Shown here: piece after piece, positions 49,521 to 59,840 of the stretch
Layout: each line of letters opens with the position of its first letter
Position numbering within the stretch: position 1 is the stretch's first letter
NCBI GenBank assembly: GCA_017461725.1
Contig: JAFTXG010000006.1
Location: 27,797 to 91,796, forward strand
DNA: 64,000 bases
Direction of reading: 5' to 3'
DNA from: Lachnospiraceae bacterium
GTDB taxonomy: Bacteria; Bacillota; Clostridia; Lachnospirales; Lachnospiraceae
Position numbers and translations under genes: made by a program
The notes under the pieces: model-generated
Databases searched by the model: none
Told to the model about the DNA's origin: nothing
What the model saw: the letters and a program-made list of their open reading frames with translations, nothing else

Positions 49521-50431
49521 TAGTGGGCACCTCCTATGATCTCGGATAAGGAATTTATCCGGTATTTACTCATTACTTCCGGCAGTTTTTCCACGATGTC
49601 GCGGCAAACATAGGGATTCACCAGATTGGCTGCACCGATCTCCACCGCCGTCGCACCTGCCAGCATCATCTCAATCACTTCCTCAGCTGTGGACACACCG
49701 CCGATTCCCACGATCGGGATCTTTACAGTCTCATACACCTGATACACCATGCGAAGTGCCACCGGCAGGATCGCATGTCCGGAGAATCCGCCCATCTTGT
49801 TGGCGATCACCGGTCTCTTGGTCTTTAAGTCAATGCGCATGCCCAGCAGAGTGTTGATCAGACTGATACCGTCCGCTCCCGCCGACTCCACCGCCGCCGC
49901 AATGTCAGTGATGGAAGTTACATTAGGGCTCAGCTTCACAATGACAGGCTTGGTGGTCACCGCCTTCACGGCTCTGGTCACCTCTGCAGCCGCGTCAGGG
50001 CTGGTTCCGAAGGCCATTCCGCCTCCGTGAACATTGGGACAGCTGATGTTTACCTCCAGCCAGCCCACCTGCTCCTCTTTGTCCAGCTTTTCGCAGGTGT
50101 ATACATAATCCTCCACGGAGAATCCGCTGATGTTTGCCATCACCGGCTTGTGGAAGCACTGCTTTAATTTGGGAAGTTCCTCGGCGATAACCCTCTCCAC
50201 GCCAGGATTCTGCAGTCCCACCGCGTTGATCATGCCGTCAGGGCACTCCGCGATACGGGGGGTGGGATTTCCGAAACGGGGATCCTTTGTGGTTCCCTTG
50301 AAGGAAAAGGTTCCCAGACAATTGATATCATAAAGTTCTGCAAACTCGTAGCCGTAGCCGAAGGTACCGCTGGCCGGGATCACCGGGTTGTCCAGCGTGA
50401 GTCCACATAAATTTACCTTTGTGTTTACCAT
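49520..50431 (-). CDS. pyrD: dihydroorotate dehydrogenase (class 1B) catalytic subunit
   Basis: DHOD family sequence; start assigned to MVNTKVNL, which has a GGAGGGAGG RBS and overlaps the pyrK stop. The ORF-track start is GTG, 28 codons upstream. Confidence 0.85.
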   Translation of the reverse strand: MVNTKVNLCGLTLDNPVIPASGTFGYGYEFAELYDINCLGTFSFKGTTKDPRFGNPTPRIAECPDGMINAVGLQNPGVERVIAEELPKLKQCFHKPVMANISGFSVEDYVYTCEKLDKEEQVGWLEVNISCPNVHGGGMAFGTSPDAAAEVTRAVKAVTTKPVIVKLSPNVTSITDIAAAVESAGADGISLINTLLGMRIDLKTKRPVIANKMGGFSGHAILPVALRMVYQVYETVKIPIVGIGGVSTAEEVIEMMLAGATAVEIGAANLVNPYVCRDIVEKLPEVMSKYRINSLSEIIGGAH

Positions 50432-51201
50432 ATGATTTCCTCCCTCTCCAGCACAGGGCCATCCTTGCAGATACGCTTGTTGCCGTATTTGGTCTTGCAG
50501 CTGCAGCCCATGCACGCGCCGAAACCGCAGCCCATGCGCTCCTCGAAGCTGTACTGGCCGCTGGTCACTGCCACACGCTCAATAGCCTTGAACATGGGAC
50601 AGGGGCCGCAGGTAAAGAAATAGGTATAGTCGCTGATGTCCTTCATCACATCAGTGACGAATCCCTTCACACCCACACTGCCGTCAGCAGTCGCGATATG
50701 TACGGGGCCTGTCGCCGCGTCCGCGCCCTCAGCCAGAAGGCCTGCCTCGGCGAACAATGCTCTGAACTCCTCATAGTAGAAAATCTCTTCCGGGGTATTA
50801 AAGCCGAGGATCACTCTGGGGTGCTTGCCCTCGGCGATCAGCTCCTTGCACAGTCTGTACATGGGAGGCACACCCACGCCGCCGCCGATCAGCAGAGGCC
50901 GATCTCCGCTCTTCGCGGTATTGTAGCCATTGCCAAGACCGGTCAGCACGTCCAGAACGGTGCCGACGGGCAGCTCGCTCATGGCCTCGGTGCCCATTCC
51001 CACAGTCTTGTAGATCAGGGTGATGGTTGTGTCGCTGTAATCGCACACCGAAATCGGACGGCGAAGGAACATGCCATCCAGCTTAAGATTCACAAACTGG
51101 CCCGGCGCAGTGATGGCGGAGGTGTCTCCCTCCAGTACCATGCGGTACACACTGCTGGTCAGGGCTTCGTTGGATACGATTTTGTATAATCCCTGTTTCA
51201 T
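50425..51201 (-). CDS. pyrK: dihydroorotate dehydrogenase electron transfer subunit
   Basis: FAD/NAD-binding fold and C-terminal 2Fe-2S Cys cluster (CGFGACMGCSCK). Confidence 0.9.
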   Translation of the reverse strand: MKQGLYKIVSNEALTSSVYRMVLEGDTSAITAPGQFVNLKLDGMFLRRPISVCDYSDTTITLIYKTVGMGTEAMSELPVGTVLDVLTGLGNGYNTAKSGDRPLLIGGGVGVPPMYRLCKELIAEGKHPRVILGFNTPEEIFYYEEFRALFAEAGLLAEGADAATGPVHIATADGSVGVKGFVTDVMKDISDYTYFFTCGPCPMFKAIERVAVTSGQYSFEERMGCGFGACMGCSCKTKYGNKRICKDGPVLEREEIIW

Positions 51202-51353
51202 CTATCTCTCTCCTGTTAATTTATTCTTCTCTGTACTTCAAACCGACGCTTTCAAGTAAATCAATACTTCTCCGCCCTTCCGGTTTATGTACACATATCC
51301 GTCGGTTTCAAAGCCCAATGACTGATATGGCGCAATACCTGCCACATTTGACC

Positions 51354-52637
51354 TTACCGCCGTCCCATAAATGCCGCCTGCCATACGATCTCGCCGTCCA
51401 CCATGGTCAGCACACAGTCACCGTGAACCTCATCACCGGCAAAAGGAGTGCTTCTGCCCTTCGTCATGAAGGACTCCGGGTCGATCACATACTTGCGCTC
51501 AAGGTCGAACACCGCCAGATCGGCAGGCTCTCCCACCGCGATCTCGGTGCCAAGCCCGAAACGCTTCTTTGGATTGTCATGCATCAGCTCGATCAGCTTT
51601 TCCAGCGTGATCACATTTTTCTTTACCAGCTCGGTATAACACTTGGCGAAGGCAGTCTCCAGACCAACCACGCCCATCAGGCTCTTCTCCAGCCCCTTGC
51701 CCTTCTCCTCAGCGGAATGGGGCGCATGGTCGGTGGCGATCATATCCACCGTGCCGTCCTTGATGCCCTCGATCAGAGCCAGGCGGTCCTCCTCGCCGCG
51801 GATCGGAGGATTCATCTTAAATCTGCCGTCCTCCTGCAGCATGGAATCGTTCATCGTCAGGTAATGGGGGCCGGTCTCGCAGGTGATATTCACGCCCGCA
51901 GCTTTCGCCTTGCGGATCACCTCCACGCTCTCCTTCGCGGACACGTGGCAAACGTGATAATCCACACCGATCTCCTCCACCAGCTTCACATCTCTGGCAA
52001 TGGGGCCCCACTCACTCTCGGAGCAGATGCCTCTATGGCCGTGGGTCTTCGCATACTCGCCGTCGTGAATGTAGCCGCCGTGGAGCAGGGAATTGTCCTC
52101 GCAGTGTGCCACGATGGGCATGCCCAGCGCCTTGGCTCTCTTCATAGCCACACGCATCATCTCCTCATCCTGCACACCCCGGCCGTCGTCGGAGAAGCCC
52201 ACCACATAAGGTGCCATGGCCTCCAGGTCAGCCAGCTCCTCGCCCTTCTCGCCCTTGGTGATGGCTCCGTAGGGCGAAACGTAGATCAGCGCCTTCTCCT
52301 CGATGGCATCCAGCTCCAGTTGCAGCGTCTCCATATCATCCGGCACCGGATTTAAGTTCGGCATGGCGCAGACGCAGGTGTAACCGCCGCGGGCCGCCGC
52401 ACGGGTGCCGCTCTCCACGTCCTCCTTATACAAAAATCCCGGCTCTCTCAAATGCACATGTACATCAATGAGTCCGGGAACGATCAATTTATCAGAACAA
52501 TCAATTATAAAAAAATCTCCTGCAGAAGATGTGATCTCGGGAGAAATAGAAATAATATGTCCGTTTTCAATACAAATATCAGCCTTGGTGATCTGGTGGT
52601 TCATATAAACCTGTCCATTTTTCAGTAAATACGTCAT
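51354..52637 (-). CDS. pyrC: dihydroorotase
   Basis: DVHVHLREPG metal-binding motif of amidohydrolases; first gene of pyr operon. Confidence 0.9.
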   Translation of the reverse strand: MTYLLKNGQVYMNHQITKADICIENGHIISISPEITSSAGDFFIIDCSDKLIVPGLIDVHVHLREPGFLYKEDVESGTRAAARGGYTCVCAMPNLNPVPDDMETLQLELDAIEEKALIYVSPYGAITKGEKGEELADLEAMAPYVVGFSDDGRGVQDEEMMRVAMKRAKALGMPIVAHCEDNSLLHGGYIHDGEYAKTHGHRGICSESEWGPIARDVKLVEEIGVDYHVCHVSAKESVEVIRKAKAAGVNITCETGPHYLTMNDSMLQEDGRFKMNPPIRGEEDRLALIEGIKDGTVDMIATDHAPHSAEEKGKGLEKSLMGVVGLETAFAKCYTELVKKNVITLEKLIELMHDNPKKRFGLGTEIAVGEPADLAVFDLERKYVIDPESFMTKGRSTPFAGDEVHGDCVLTMVDGEIVWQAAFMGRR

Positions 52638-52863
52638 GTCGTTCCTCCATTTTTATGCCCTGCAGGGCAGACATCAACACATAAACCTATCTATATAAGC
52701 ATACCACGATTCACTGCCTTTTGTCAATTTGCCGAGACGACAAATCGACAAAAAATTACAGTGAATATTCTGTTAAAATACACAAACCTGTATTTCGCAA
52801 CACATACTGCCACGTCAAACGTGTCAACCGCGTTCCATTTTTACAATTTTATTCCCACTGGAA

Positions 52864-53358
52864 TCACTTCACCCGCTCATATGTCGTGAAGGTATAAGTG
52901 AAGTCGTCCTGCGAGAATGTAGCTCCGGTCTCGGTCAATTTCCACTCACTGTCCTCCGAAAGATTCGGGAACCAGGTGTCCGCGTCGTCGAATGCTTTGT
53001 GTACGTGGGTCACATAGGCCTTTGTGCAGTAAGGCAGCATCTCCTTATACACGCGGCCGCCGCCGATCACAAACAGTTCCTCGGCAGGATACTTCTTCGC
53101 CTCAGCAAGCAATTCCTCAATGCTGTGCACTACGATCACGCCCTCCCGCTGAAAATCGGGATTCGCTGTCAGAACGATATTCGTGCGATTCTTTAAGGGA
53201 TTTCCGCCGGGGAAGCTGTCCAGGGTTTTGCGTCCCATCAGCACCACATGATCCTTAGTGGTGGCGCGGAAAAACTTCATATCTTCTTTCATGTGGGCTA
53301 ACAGGTCGCCGTTTCTTCCGATAGCCCAGTTCTCGTCTACCGCTACAATTAAGTTCAT
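52864..53358 (-). CDS. folA: dihydrofolate reductase
   Basis: MNLIVAVDENWAIGRNGDLL and VVLMGRKT motifs of type 3 DHFR; start at MNLIV with an RBS. Confidence 0.9.
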   Translation of the reverse strand: MNLIVAVDENWAIGRNGDLLAHMKEDMKFFRATTKDHVVLMGRKTLDSFPGGNPLKNRTNIVLTANPDFQREGVIVVHSIEELLAEAKKYPAEELFVIGGGRVYKEMLPYCTKAYVTHVHKAFDDADTWFPNLSEDSEWKLTETGATFSQDDFTYTFTTYERVK

Positions 53359-53390
53359 ATTGATACACCTCTTTTTCTCTTGATAAAAGT

Positions 53391-53592
53391 CTGTCACACC
53401 GTGCAAGCACAGTGTTCACACAGCCGCATGGCTTACTTAAAAGCGGGTCGCTACGTGCTTCGCACTCTCTCGACCCACTGCCCAATATTCGCAATCCGGA
53501 CTGGCGTCCTTCTTGCTCATACCGTTCAGGCGCCATATGTCTGTATGAACATCTGTGCAAGCACAGTGTTCACACAGCCGCATGGCTTACTT
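53391..53592. repeat. 38-bp perfect direct repeat pair flanking 126 bp between thyA and folA
   Basis: GTGCAAGCACAGTGTTCACACAGCCGCATGGCTTACTT occurs at 53391-53428 and 53555-53592. The spacer contains the hairpin GGGTCG...CGACCC. Confidence 0.8.
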
Positions 53593-53598
53593 TTATCG

Positions 53599-54429
53599 CT
53601 AAATCGCTACAGGAATTTTTTGATCAAATTTGTGATACTTGTAATCGCTCAGCTTGAAGCTGTCCACGGTAAATTTATAGAAATCGTCGATGGTCTTGTC
53701 CATCTCAAATTTAGGAGCATCGTAGGGATCTCTCTTCAACAGCTCCTCCACCATGGGAATATGTCTGTCGTAGATATGGCAGTCCGCGATCACATGCACC
53801 AGCTCACCGGGCTCAAAACCGGACACCTGCGCAAACATGCACAGCAACACAGCGTACTGGAGCACATTCCAGTTGTTTGCGGTCAGCATATCCTGGGAGC
53901 GCTGATTCAGAATACCGTTCAACTTGTTTCCGGTCACGTTGAAGGTCATGCTGTAAGCGCAGGGGTACAGCCCCATCTCGCTCAGATCATGGTGATTGTA
54001 AATATTGGTCATAATGCGGCGGCTGGCAGGATTGTTCTTCAGGTCGTAGAGAACACGGTCAACCTGATCGAACTCGCCCTCTTTATAATGATGCTTCACG
54101 CCCAGCTGATAGCCGTAGGCCTTCCCGATGGTACCGTTTTCGTCGGTCCAGGAATCCCACACATGACTGTTCAGCTCTGCCACACGGTTGGACTTTTTCT
54201 GCCAGATCCACAGCATCTCGTCGATGGCGGACTTAAACGCAGTGCGGCGGATCGTCACAGCAGGAAACTCCTTGCTCAGATCATAGCGGTTTACTACACC
54301 AAATTTCTTAACGGTGTGGGCGGGAGTGCCGTCCTCCCAGCGGGGGCGCACCTCCAGATCAGTGTCCCAAAAACCGTTCTCCAAAATATCCTTACATGTT
54401 GTGATAAACATCTCATCTGCGTAGCTCAT
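53599..54429 (-). CDS. thyA: thymidylate synthase
   Basis: ThyA family sequence including the catalytic-Cys region (YPCAYSMTFNV). Confidence 0.9.
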   Translation of the reverse strand: MSYADEMFITTCKDILENGFWDTDLEVRPRWEDGTPAHTVKKFGVVNRYDLSKEFPAVTIRRTAFKSAIDEMLWIWQKKSNRVAELNSHVWDSWTDENGTIGKAYGYQLGVKHHYKEGEFDQVDRVLYDLKNNPASRRIMTNIYNHHDLSEMGLYPCAYSMTFNVTGNKLNGILNQRSQDMLTANNWNVLQYAVLLCMFAQVSGFEPGELVHVIADCHIYDRHIPMVEELLKRDPYDAPKFEMDKTIDDFYKFTVDSFKLSDYKYHKFDQKIPVAI

Positions 54430-54508
54430 GGCAATCCTCCGTGTACTCTTTCTAATATAATAAATATATCAATGATGTCGTCATCAAAAACAGATTGACC
54501 CAATATCA

Positions 54509-55456
54509 TTATCCACTCATTTCCTGCACAAACCGGTCAACTGTATCAACCTTCAACGCCAGTTTAAACCATATCTCTAATTTATTCAGATCCCTCTCTG
54601 ACATAATTTCCCGAACCAACTCCTGCGACACTTCTCCACGTTCACGCAGAATATAAACGATCATCTCTGCTTTTCCTTCAGCTTTTCCAACCGCCCGACC
54701 ATCATTCCAGCCCTCAGAACGACTATCCTCCGCTATCTGACGAAAATGCTTCTCCTGATCATATTCATATATACTCATGCTCATCACCTCTGCCCGACGT
54801 TTTGACAAGAAGTTTTTCAAGATACCTTCTCTAATACAAGAATCTATGGCCAACTCCACTGCAAGCTCCAGCGAATATTTCTTTGCGTTTTCCCTCACTC
54901 TGTCCACATAGATCATATATCCATACAGATCCTGACAGTTTTTCTTCAGTTCCTCATTACAACCCTTATTTATATTGATAAACAGTGTCTTCAGTTCCAC
55001 ATCCGGTGGTGTCGGTTCATTCGCTTCCAACGGCAAAAATGCCTCTGACAATTTCAACGTCTGTCTCTCCGGCTGCCTGTCTGTGCCATTATAAAACACA
55101 ATAAAATGGGGCCTTGGCACAAAGACTTTCCTGCTACCGTGCAGATTCTCCTCGTCCGTCATCCTTGTGTACAATTCTGCCAGATAAAACAAATTTCTCA
55201 AGGGCATATTCGGATTTGCCGTGGACTGATGCTCATATAAATACAGCTGACTCTGTATAATGAAAGAAATATCATTTTTTCTGCCCAAATAAATCGCATT
55301 TTTCAGTGTGTTGATCTCCAACTCATCCGGGTCAGCATATTCCGTACCATTCAACGCATTGTACAGTCCAAGCAAGGTATGCTTCTCACTGAACAGCATC
55401 CGAAATACTGAATCCTTATAATTGCGCACAGGAACTCCAATTTCTTCTCCTACCAT
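54509..55456 (-). CDS. Rpn family recombination-promoting nuclease / putative transposase
   Basis: 315 aa with Rpn/YhgA-like (TIGR01784-type) sequence features; second copy of this family in the window. Confidence 0.6.
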   Translation of the reverse strand: MVGEEIGVPVRNYKDSVFRMLFSEKHTLLGLYNALNGTEYADPDELEINTLKNAIYLGRKNDISFIIQSQLYLYEHQSTANPNMPLRNLFYLAELYTRMTDEENLHGSRKVFVPRPHFIVFYNGTDRQPERQTLKLSEAFLPLEANEPTPPDVELKTLFININKGCNEELKKNCQDLYGYMIYVDRVRENAKKYSLELAVELAIDSCIREGILKNFLSKRRAEVMSMSIYEYDQEKHFRQIAEDSRSEGWNDGRAVGKAEGKAEMIVYILRERGEVSQELVREIMSERDLNKLEIWFKLALKVDTVDRFVQEMSG

Positions 55457-55846
55457 AAACTACCTCCTTTAATATGACGCAGGATGCAGTTCTCACAAAC
55501 TCCTGTCATTTGCTCAAGAACCTTCCTGCTTTTGTGGATATCCAAGCATTGAATGTTCTTGTTGAAATGACTTATAGAAAAAATCAGAATGGCTGTACGC
55601 CGAGAATATGAAGAACAAATGCTTTGATGGTAGTATACCACAGACTTAACCGTTTGGGAAGTCCATTTTTCCGGTCACACCCAAAAAGGTGCAGCAATTC
55701 AGCCCGAAATATTGATGCGGTTGTCTCAAAAAGGGTTTGGTTCTCATATCATAGACTTAATAAGAAAAGGAAAAAAACAGTTGCTTTATCGCGTTACAAG
55801 GTGTATACTTTAACGCAATACATTTAATTTCTCAGGAGGTTCCCTT

Positions 55847-56929
55847 ATGTATAACCGAATTTTCAATTTCAGCGCCGGCCCCTCCATGCTCCCCGTTCCT
55901 GTGCTGGAAAAAGCGCAGGCTGAAATGATGAACTATGAGGGTAGCGGCATGAGAGTCATGGAGATGAGCCACCGTTCCCCCGTTTATGATGCCATTATCA
56001 AGGGCGCTGAGGCTGCGATGCGCCGCGTGATGAATATTCCGGACAATTACCGGGTGCTCTTCCTTCAGGGCGGAGCCTCCCTTCAGTTTGCCATGATCCC
56101 CATGAACCTGATGAAGACCGGCAAAGCTGACTACATTGTGACCGGCCAGTTCTCCGGAAAAGCCTACGAGGAGGCTCAGAAGTACGGTCAGGCCAATCTG
56201 GCAGCCACCACCAAGGCAGAGAATTTCACCCGCATTCCCCGTCAGGAGGAATTAAAGCTGGATCCCGAGGCAGATTATGTGCACATCTGCTTTAACAATA
56301 CCATCTTCGGCACCAAGTGGGATTACATCCCCGACACCGGCAATGTTCCGCTGGTGGCTGACTTGAGCTCCTGCATCGCGTCGGAGCCCATCGATGTGAC
56401 CAAGTTCGGCGTAATCTACGCCGGCGCGCAGAAAAACATCGCCCCCGCCGGTCTGACTATCGTGATCATCCGCGACGATCTGATCCGCACCGATCTGCCC
56501 GCCTACGTTCCCACCATGTGCAACTATTCCATCATGGCGAAGAACGAGTCCATGTACAACACACCGCCCTGCTATCCCATCTACATGTGCAAGCTGGTGT
56601 TTGAGTGGATCGAGTCTCTGGGCGGCCTCGAGGTGATGGCCGAGATGAACCGGAAGAAAGCAGATCTGCTGTATCAGTGTCTGGAGGAGAGCAAGATTTT
56701 CAAAAATCCCAACTCTCCCGAGAGCCGTTCCATGATGAATGTGACCTTCCGCGCGGAGGACGATGCCGTAAATGCCAAGTTTGCCAAGGAGAGCGCTGCG
56801 GCAGGATTTGCCAATCTGAAGGGCCACCGCTCTGTCGGCGGCATGAGAGCTTCCATCTACAACGCGATGCCCTATGAGGGCGTTGAGGCGCTGGTGAAGT
56901 TTATTAAGGAGTTTGAGCAGGGGCTGTAA
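55847..56929 (+). CDS. serC: 3-phosphoserine/phosphohydroxythreonine aminotransferase
   Basis: NFSAGPSMLP N-terminus and PLP-lysine region (GAQKNI) of SerC. Confidence 0.95.
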   Translation: MYNRIFNFSAGPSMLPVPVLEKAQAEMMNYEGSGMRVMEMSHRSPVYDAIIKGAEAAMRRVMNIPDNYRVLFLQGGASLQFAMIPMNLMKTGKADYIVTGQFSGKAYEEAQKYGQANLAATTKAENFTRIPRQEELKLDPEADYVHICFNNTIFGTKWDYIPDTGNVPLVADLSSCIASEPIDVTKFGVIYAGAQKNIAPAGLTIVIIRDDLIRTDLPAYVPTMCNYSIMAKNESMYNTPPCYPIYMCKLVFEWIESLGGLEVMAEMNRKKADLLYQCLEESKIFKNPNSPESRSMMNVTFRAEDDAVNAKFAKESAAAGFANLKGHRSVGGMRASIYNAMPYEGVEALVKFIKEFEQGL

Positions 56930-56960
56930 GGCCTCTGCTTTTTTAATCAGCACCCATTGA

Positions 56961-57689
56961 TTACCCACCATTTTCGCCCCTTGTCGATATCACACCAAGA
57001 TCTGTCCGTCTTACCCACGTCAGTTCTTTCGCCGGAACCACAATGTAATTCTCAGCTCCCTCTCCCACTCTGATATAGACGTTGTTAATTCCCGCCTGAA
57101 TGATCAGCCTTGCACACAGCGGACATGGTTTCGATTCATTGATGGAATTATCCTTCGGATTTATACTCACCAGATACAGATCCGCTCCCATGGTCTGCTG
57201 GCGGGAACAGTTGAGCAATGCATTTTCCTCCGCATGGATGGCTCTGCATATTCCATACCCCTCTCCCTGATGCATATTTTGATCGATCCGGGGACAAACG
57301 CCCAGATCAGAACAGTGTTCAAATCCCCTGGGGGCTCCGTTATAACCGGTGGAGATAACCACATCGTCTTTCACCACAACCGCACCGTATTTTCGCTTCA
57401 GACAGGTACTTCTGTAGGCAAAAACCTCCGCGCAATTCAGGTAGGTATCAATCTTTGAGACGCGCTGCGTATTTTCTGATCTTACCATATGACATCTCTC
57501 CGAGAACAGATAGTCCAAAGAAACATTCAATTCTCTGGAAATGATCAGCAATTTCTCCGTTTCCGGGAATCCAAACCCCGACTCCCACTTGGAGATGGCT
57601 TGTCTTGACACAGATAATATGTCTGCCAGTTGTTCCTGGGTAATGTTGCGTTTTTTTCTGATGTGTTTTAAGTTTTCAGCAAAGCTCAT
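56961..57689 (-). CDS. XRE-family HTH domain fused to dCMP/cytidine deaminase-like zinc-dependent deaminase domain
   Basis: N-terminal HTH (ITQEQLADILSVSRQAISKWESG); C-terminal CDA fold with H-AEENA and PCPLCA zinc-binding motifs (ComEB-like). Confidence 0.75.
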   Translation of the reverse strand: MSFAENLKHIRKKRNITQEQLADILSVSRQAISKWESGFGFPETEKLLIISRELNVSLDYLFSERCHMVRSENTQRVSKIDTYLNCAEVFAYRSTCLKRKYGAVVVKDDVVISTGYNGAPRGFEHCSDLGVCPRIDQNMHQGEGYGICRAIHAEENALLNCSRQQTMGADLYLVSINPKDNSINESKPCPLCARLIIQAGINNVYIRVGEGAENYIVVPAKELTWVRRTDLGVISTRGENGG

Positions 57690-57922
57690 GTGATTTCCTT
57701 TCCGATGACATCTGCAATATACGGATTGACCGTATTGTGTAACTGTTTAACCTTAATACAATCATATCAGTTTTTGAAGAAAACGCAACCAACCTGGCTT
57801 TGCATCTGCGCAACCTGAAGTGTCTTTGGTTATCCCAGCAAATAAAAACCTCCCAACTTTGTGCATGATATTTTCTCTGAATAAAACGCACTTCATCAGG
57901 AGGTCGTATTTTCGGTATTTAA

Positions 57923-58894
57923 TTATAACTTTGTGAACACATTCACCTTAAAGGTATAGCACTTACTTTCTCCCGGTGCTAAAAATTTTAGCATGCCGCT
58001 TTCGCGCATGGCCTTGCGACCATCTGGATAGCAATTGCCACACTCCAACCCAAGAACATAATCTCTGATGCCCATCATTTTCCACTCGACAAATCCATCC
58101 AGTTCTTCCGCATTAAACTGAATAGAAAGCCCGACGTCACATTTCGGCTGATATATCTCTGCGACACCATTTTTATCCGCAAATTTATGATAATAGCATC
58201 GTTCCTTATATCCAGGCGTTGGTTTCTGCATATGCATCCAGTTTACGATATCCTCCGCTGCATGTTCATCTCTCGGCACAACTTTTTCTGCCGAAATTGC
58301 AATCACGCTGTCTTCGTCTAATAAAGGATACCCCATATTCATATGATACAGTATTTCTATCGGCTCCGTTGTGTCACCAGTATTGATTATGTTATCACAA
58401 ATTTGAAACTCATTTACTTTCTTGGACACTTTGATTGTGCGCTCCAAGCGAAGTTTGCGTGCAAATATAACTTCATCCTTCACCAGTGTATGAACCTTTA
58501 GGTACTCTTCATCTTCAGTCCAATAGGCGATCTCACAGGGCTGGTTGGCAATTGATCCATGCAATGGAAAGTTTTCTCCCTCATCCATACTTGGTGTTCC
58601 CACTGTTTCCAATCCACAGGTAGTCAAAAAGCCTGCGGTAAAAGACTTCAGCCAATGATTATCCACGCGGTCATAATAAGACGGTGCCACATACCCGCAT
58701 GGTGACATATAGCTTAAATTGATTCCTTTAAACTTCAACCTGGTAATATCCCCGCAACGATCCGGGGACACGACCAATTCCAGTCCTCTGCCATTGTTGA
58801 CTTCAAACAAACGCATACCATTGCCCTTACCGCCAACGAGCCTGTGTTCTTCCACTCCGTAATATTGCGTATCATGTCCAATATAAGGATTCAT
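57923..58894 (-). CDS. aldose 1-epimerase family protein (DUF4432-type)
   Basis: Galactose-mutarotase-like sequence; last gene of sugar catabolic cluster. Confidence 0.65.
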   Translation of the reverse strand: MNPYIGHDTQYYGVEEHRLVGGKGNGMRLFEVNNGRGLELVVSPDRCGDITRLKFKGINLSYMSPCGYVAPSYYDRVDNHWLKSFTAGFLTTCGLETVGTPSMDEGENFPLHGSIANQPCEIAYWTEDEEYLKVHTLVKDEVIFARKLRLERTIKVSKKVNEFQICDNIINTGDTTEPIEILYHMNMGYPLLDEDSVIAISAEKVVPRDEHAAEDIVNWMHMQKPTPGYKERCYYHKFADKNGVAEIYQPKCDVGLSIQFNAEELDGFVEWKMMGIRDYVLGLECGNCYPDGRKAMRESGMLKFLAPGESKCYTFKVNVFTKL

Positions 58895-58906
58895 TCTTCC
58901 ATTCTC

Positions 58907-59824
58907 CTACATCTCTTTCATCGCGAATAAAATCATTGCCTTCTTGCAGTTCTCTTTCATCGCCTGCGTTCCCCAAGACACAATATCGTGATACATGACA
59001 GGCTTGTTCGATTTTCCTTCAGCCAATGAAGATTCACCCTTACACTCCTGTTCAGTCAGAGCACTTCCCAAACAGAGTTTCTCCGCAATGATTCCCCCTC
59101 CTGCCATAGCCATGTATGTATAATAATTTATCTTGCGGACACCGCTTGTTATCGCTTTTCTGAAATCCTCTTCACTGACACCGGAACCGCCATGCATGAC
59201 TACTGGAATATTCACTTCCTTTCTGACATTTTCTACCACGCTAAAATCCAGCTTTGGTTTCGTCAAATACACCCCATGAGTAGTTCCGAACGAACACGCC
59301 AACGCATCGATTCCTGTCTCTTCCACAAAAATTCTCGCCTGCTCCGGATTAGTATACACTTTATCCGGATCCAGTCCATTTCCCACACTTCCGCTGCCGT
59401 TCTCACGCTTGCCCATGCAACCGATTTCTGCTTCTACCGAAGCACCTGTCTGTTTTGCAAAAGCAACCACCATCTTTGTATTGGCCAAATTTTCCTCAAA
59501 AGGCAAAACAGAACCATCATACATAACAGAAGTAAATCCCAGATCCAATGCCCTGCAAACATAGTCCAGATTTTCACCATGATCCAAATGAACACATACC
59601 GGCACCTTTGCCCGCTTTGCCATCTCAATCATAATCGGACCTATGATGCCGATTGGCATAAGCTCCTCATGCACTTCAGCATGCTGGATAATGACAGGTA
59701 CGTCCAGTTCTTCCGCCGCACTGATCACTGCCATAACGGACTCTAAATTTGGTGTATTAAACGAACCAACCGCACACCTTTTTGCCTCACACAAATTCAT
59801 TATCTGCTTTAAAGTCACTAACAT
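58907..59824 (-). CDS. class II ketose-bisphosphate aldolase (tagatose/fructose-bisphosphate aldolase family)
   Basis: LKQIMNLCEAKRCAVGSFN N-terminus and HLDHG zinc-binding motif of class II FBA/KbaY/GatY. Confidence 0.85.
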   Translation of the reverse strand: MLVTLKQIMNLCEAKRCAVGSFNTPNLESVMAVISAAEELDVPVIIQHAEVHEELMPIGIIGPIMIEMAKRAKVPVCVHLDHGENLDYVCRALDLGFTSVMYDGSVLPFEENLANTKMVVAFAKQTGASVEAEIGCMGKRENGSGSVGNGLDPDKVYTNPEQARIFVEETGIDALACSFGTTHGVYLTKPKLDFSVVENVRKEVNIPVVMHGGSGVSEEDFRKAITSGVRKINYYTYMAMAGGGIIAEKLCLGSALTEQECKGESSLAEGKSNKPVMYHDIVSWGTQAMKENCKKAMILFAMKEM

Positions 59825-59840
59825 TTTTTATCTCCTCTTA

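Noticed and set aside
50401-50460. The displayed sequence line at 50401 appears one nucleotide short
   Set aside because: This is probably a display artefact. The ORF-track coordinates were taken as the reference, so positions near the pyrD start may be off by 1.
52638-52863. PyrR-binding attenuator upstream of pyrC
   Set aside because: Only a short GCCCTGCAGGGC palindrome lies near the RBS. There is no PyrR loop consensus, and no pyrR gene is present in the window.
55450-55641. 63-aa ORF overlapping the start of the Rpn gene
   Set aside because: Short, no RBS, and it overlaps a better-supported gene.
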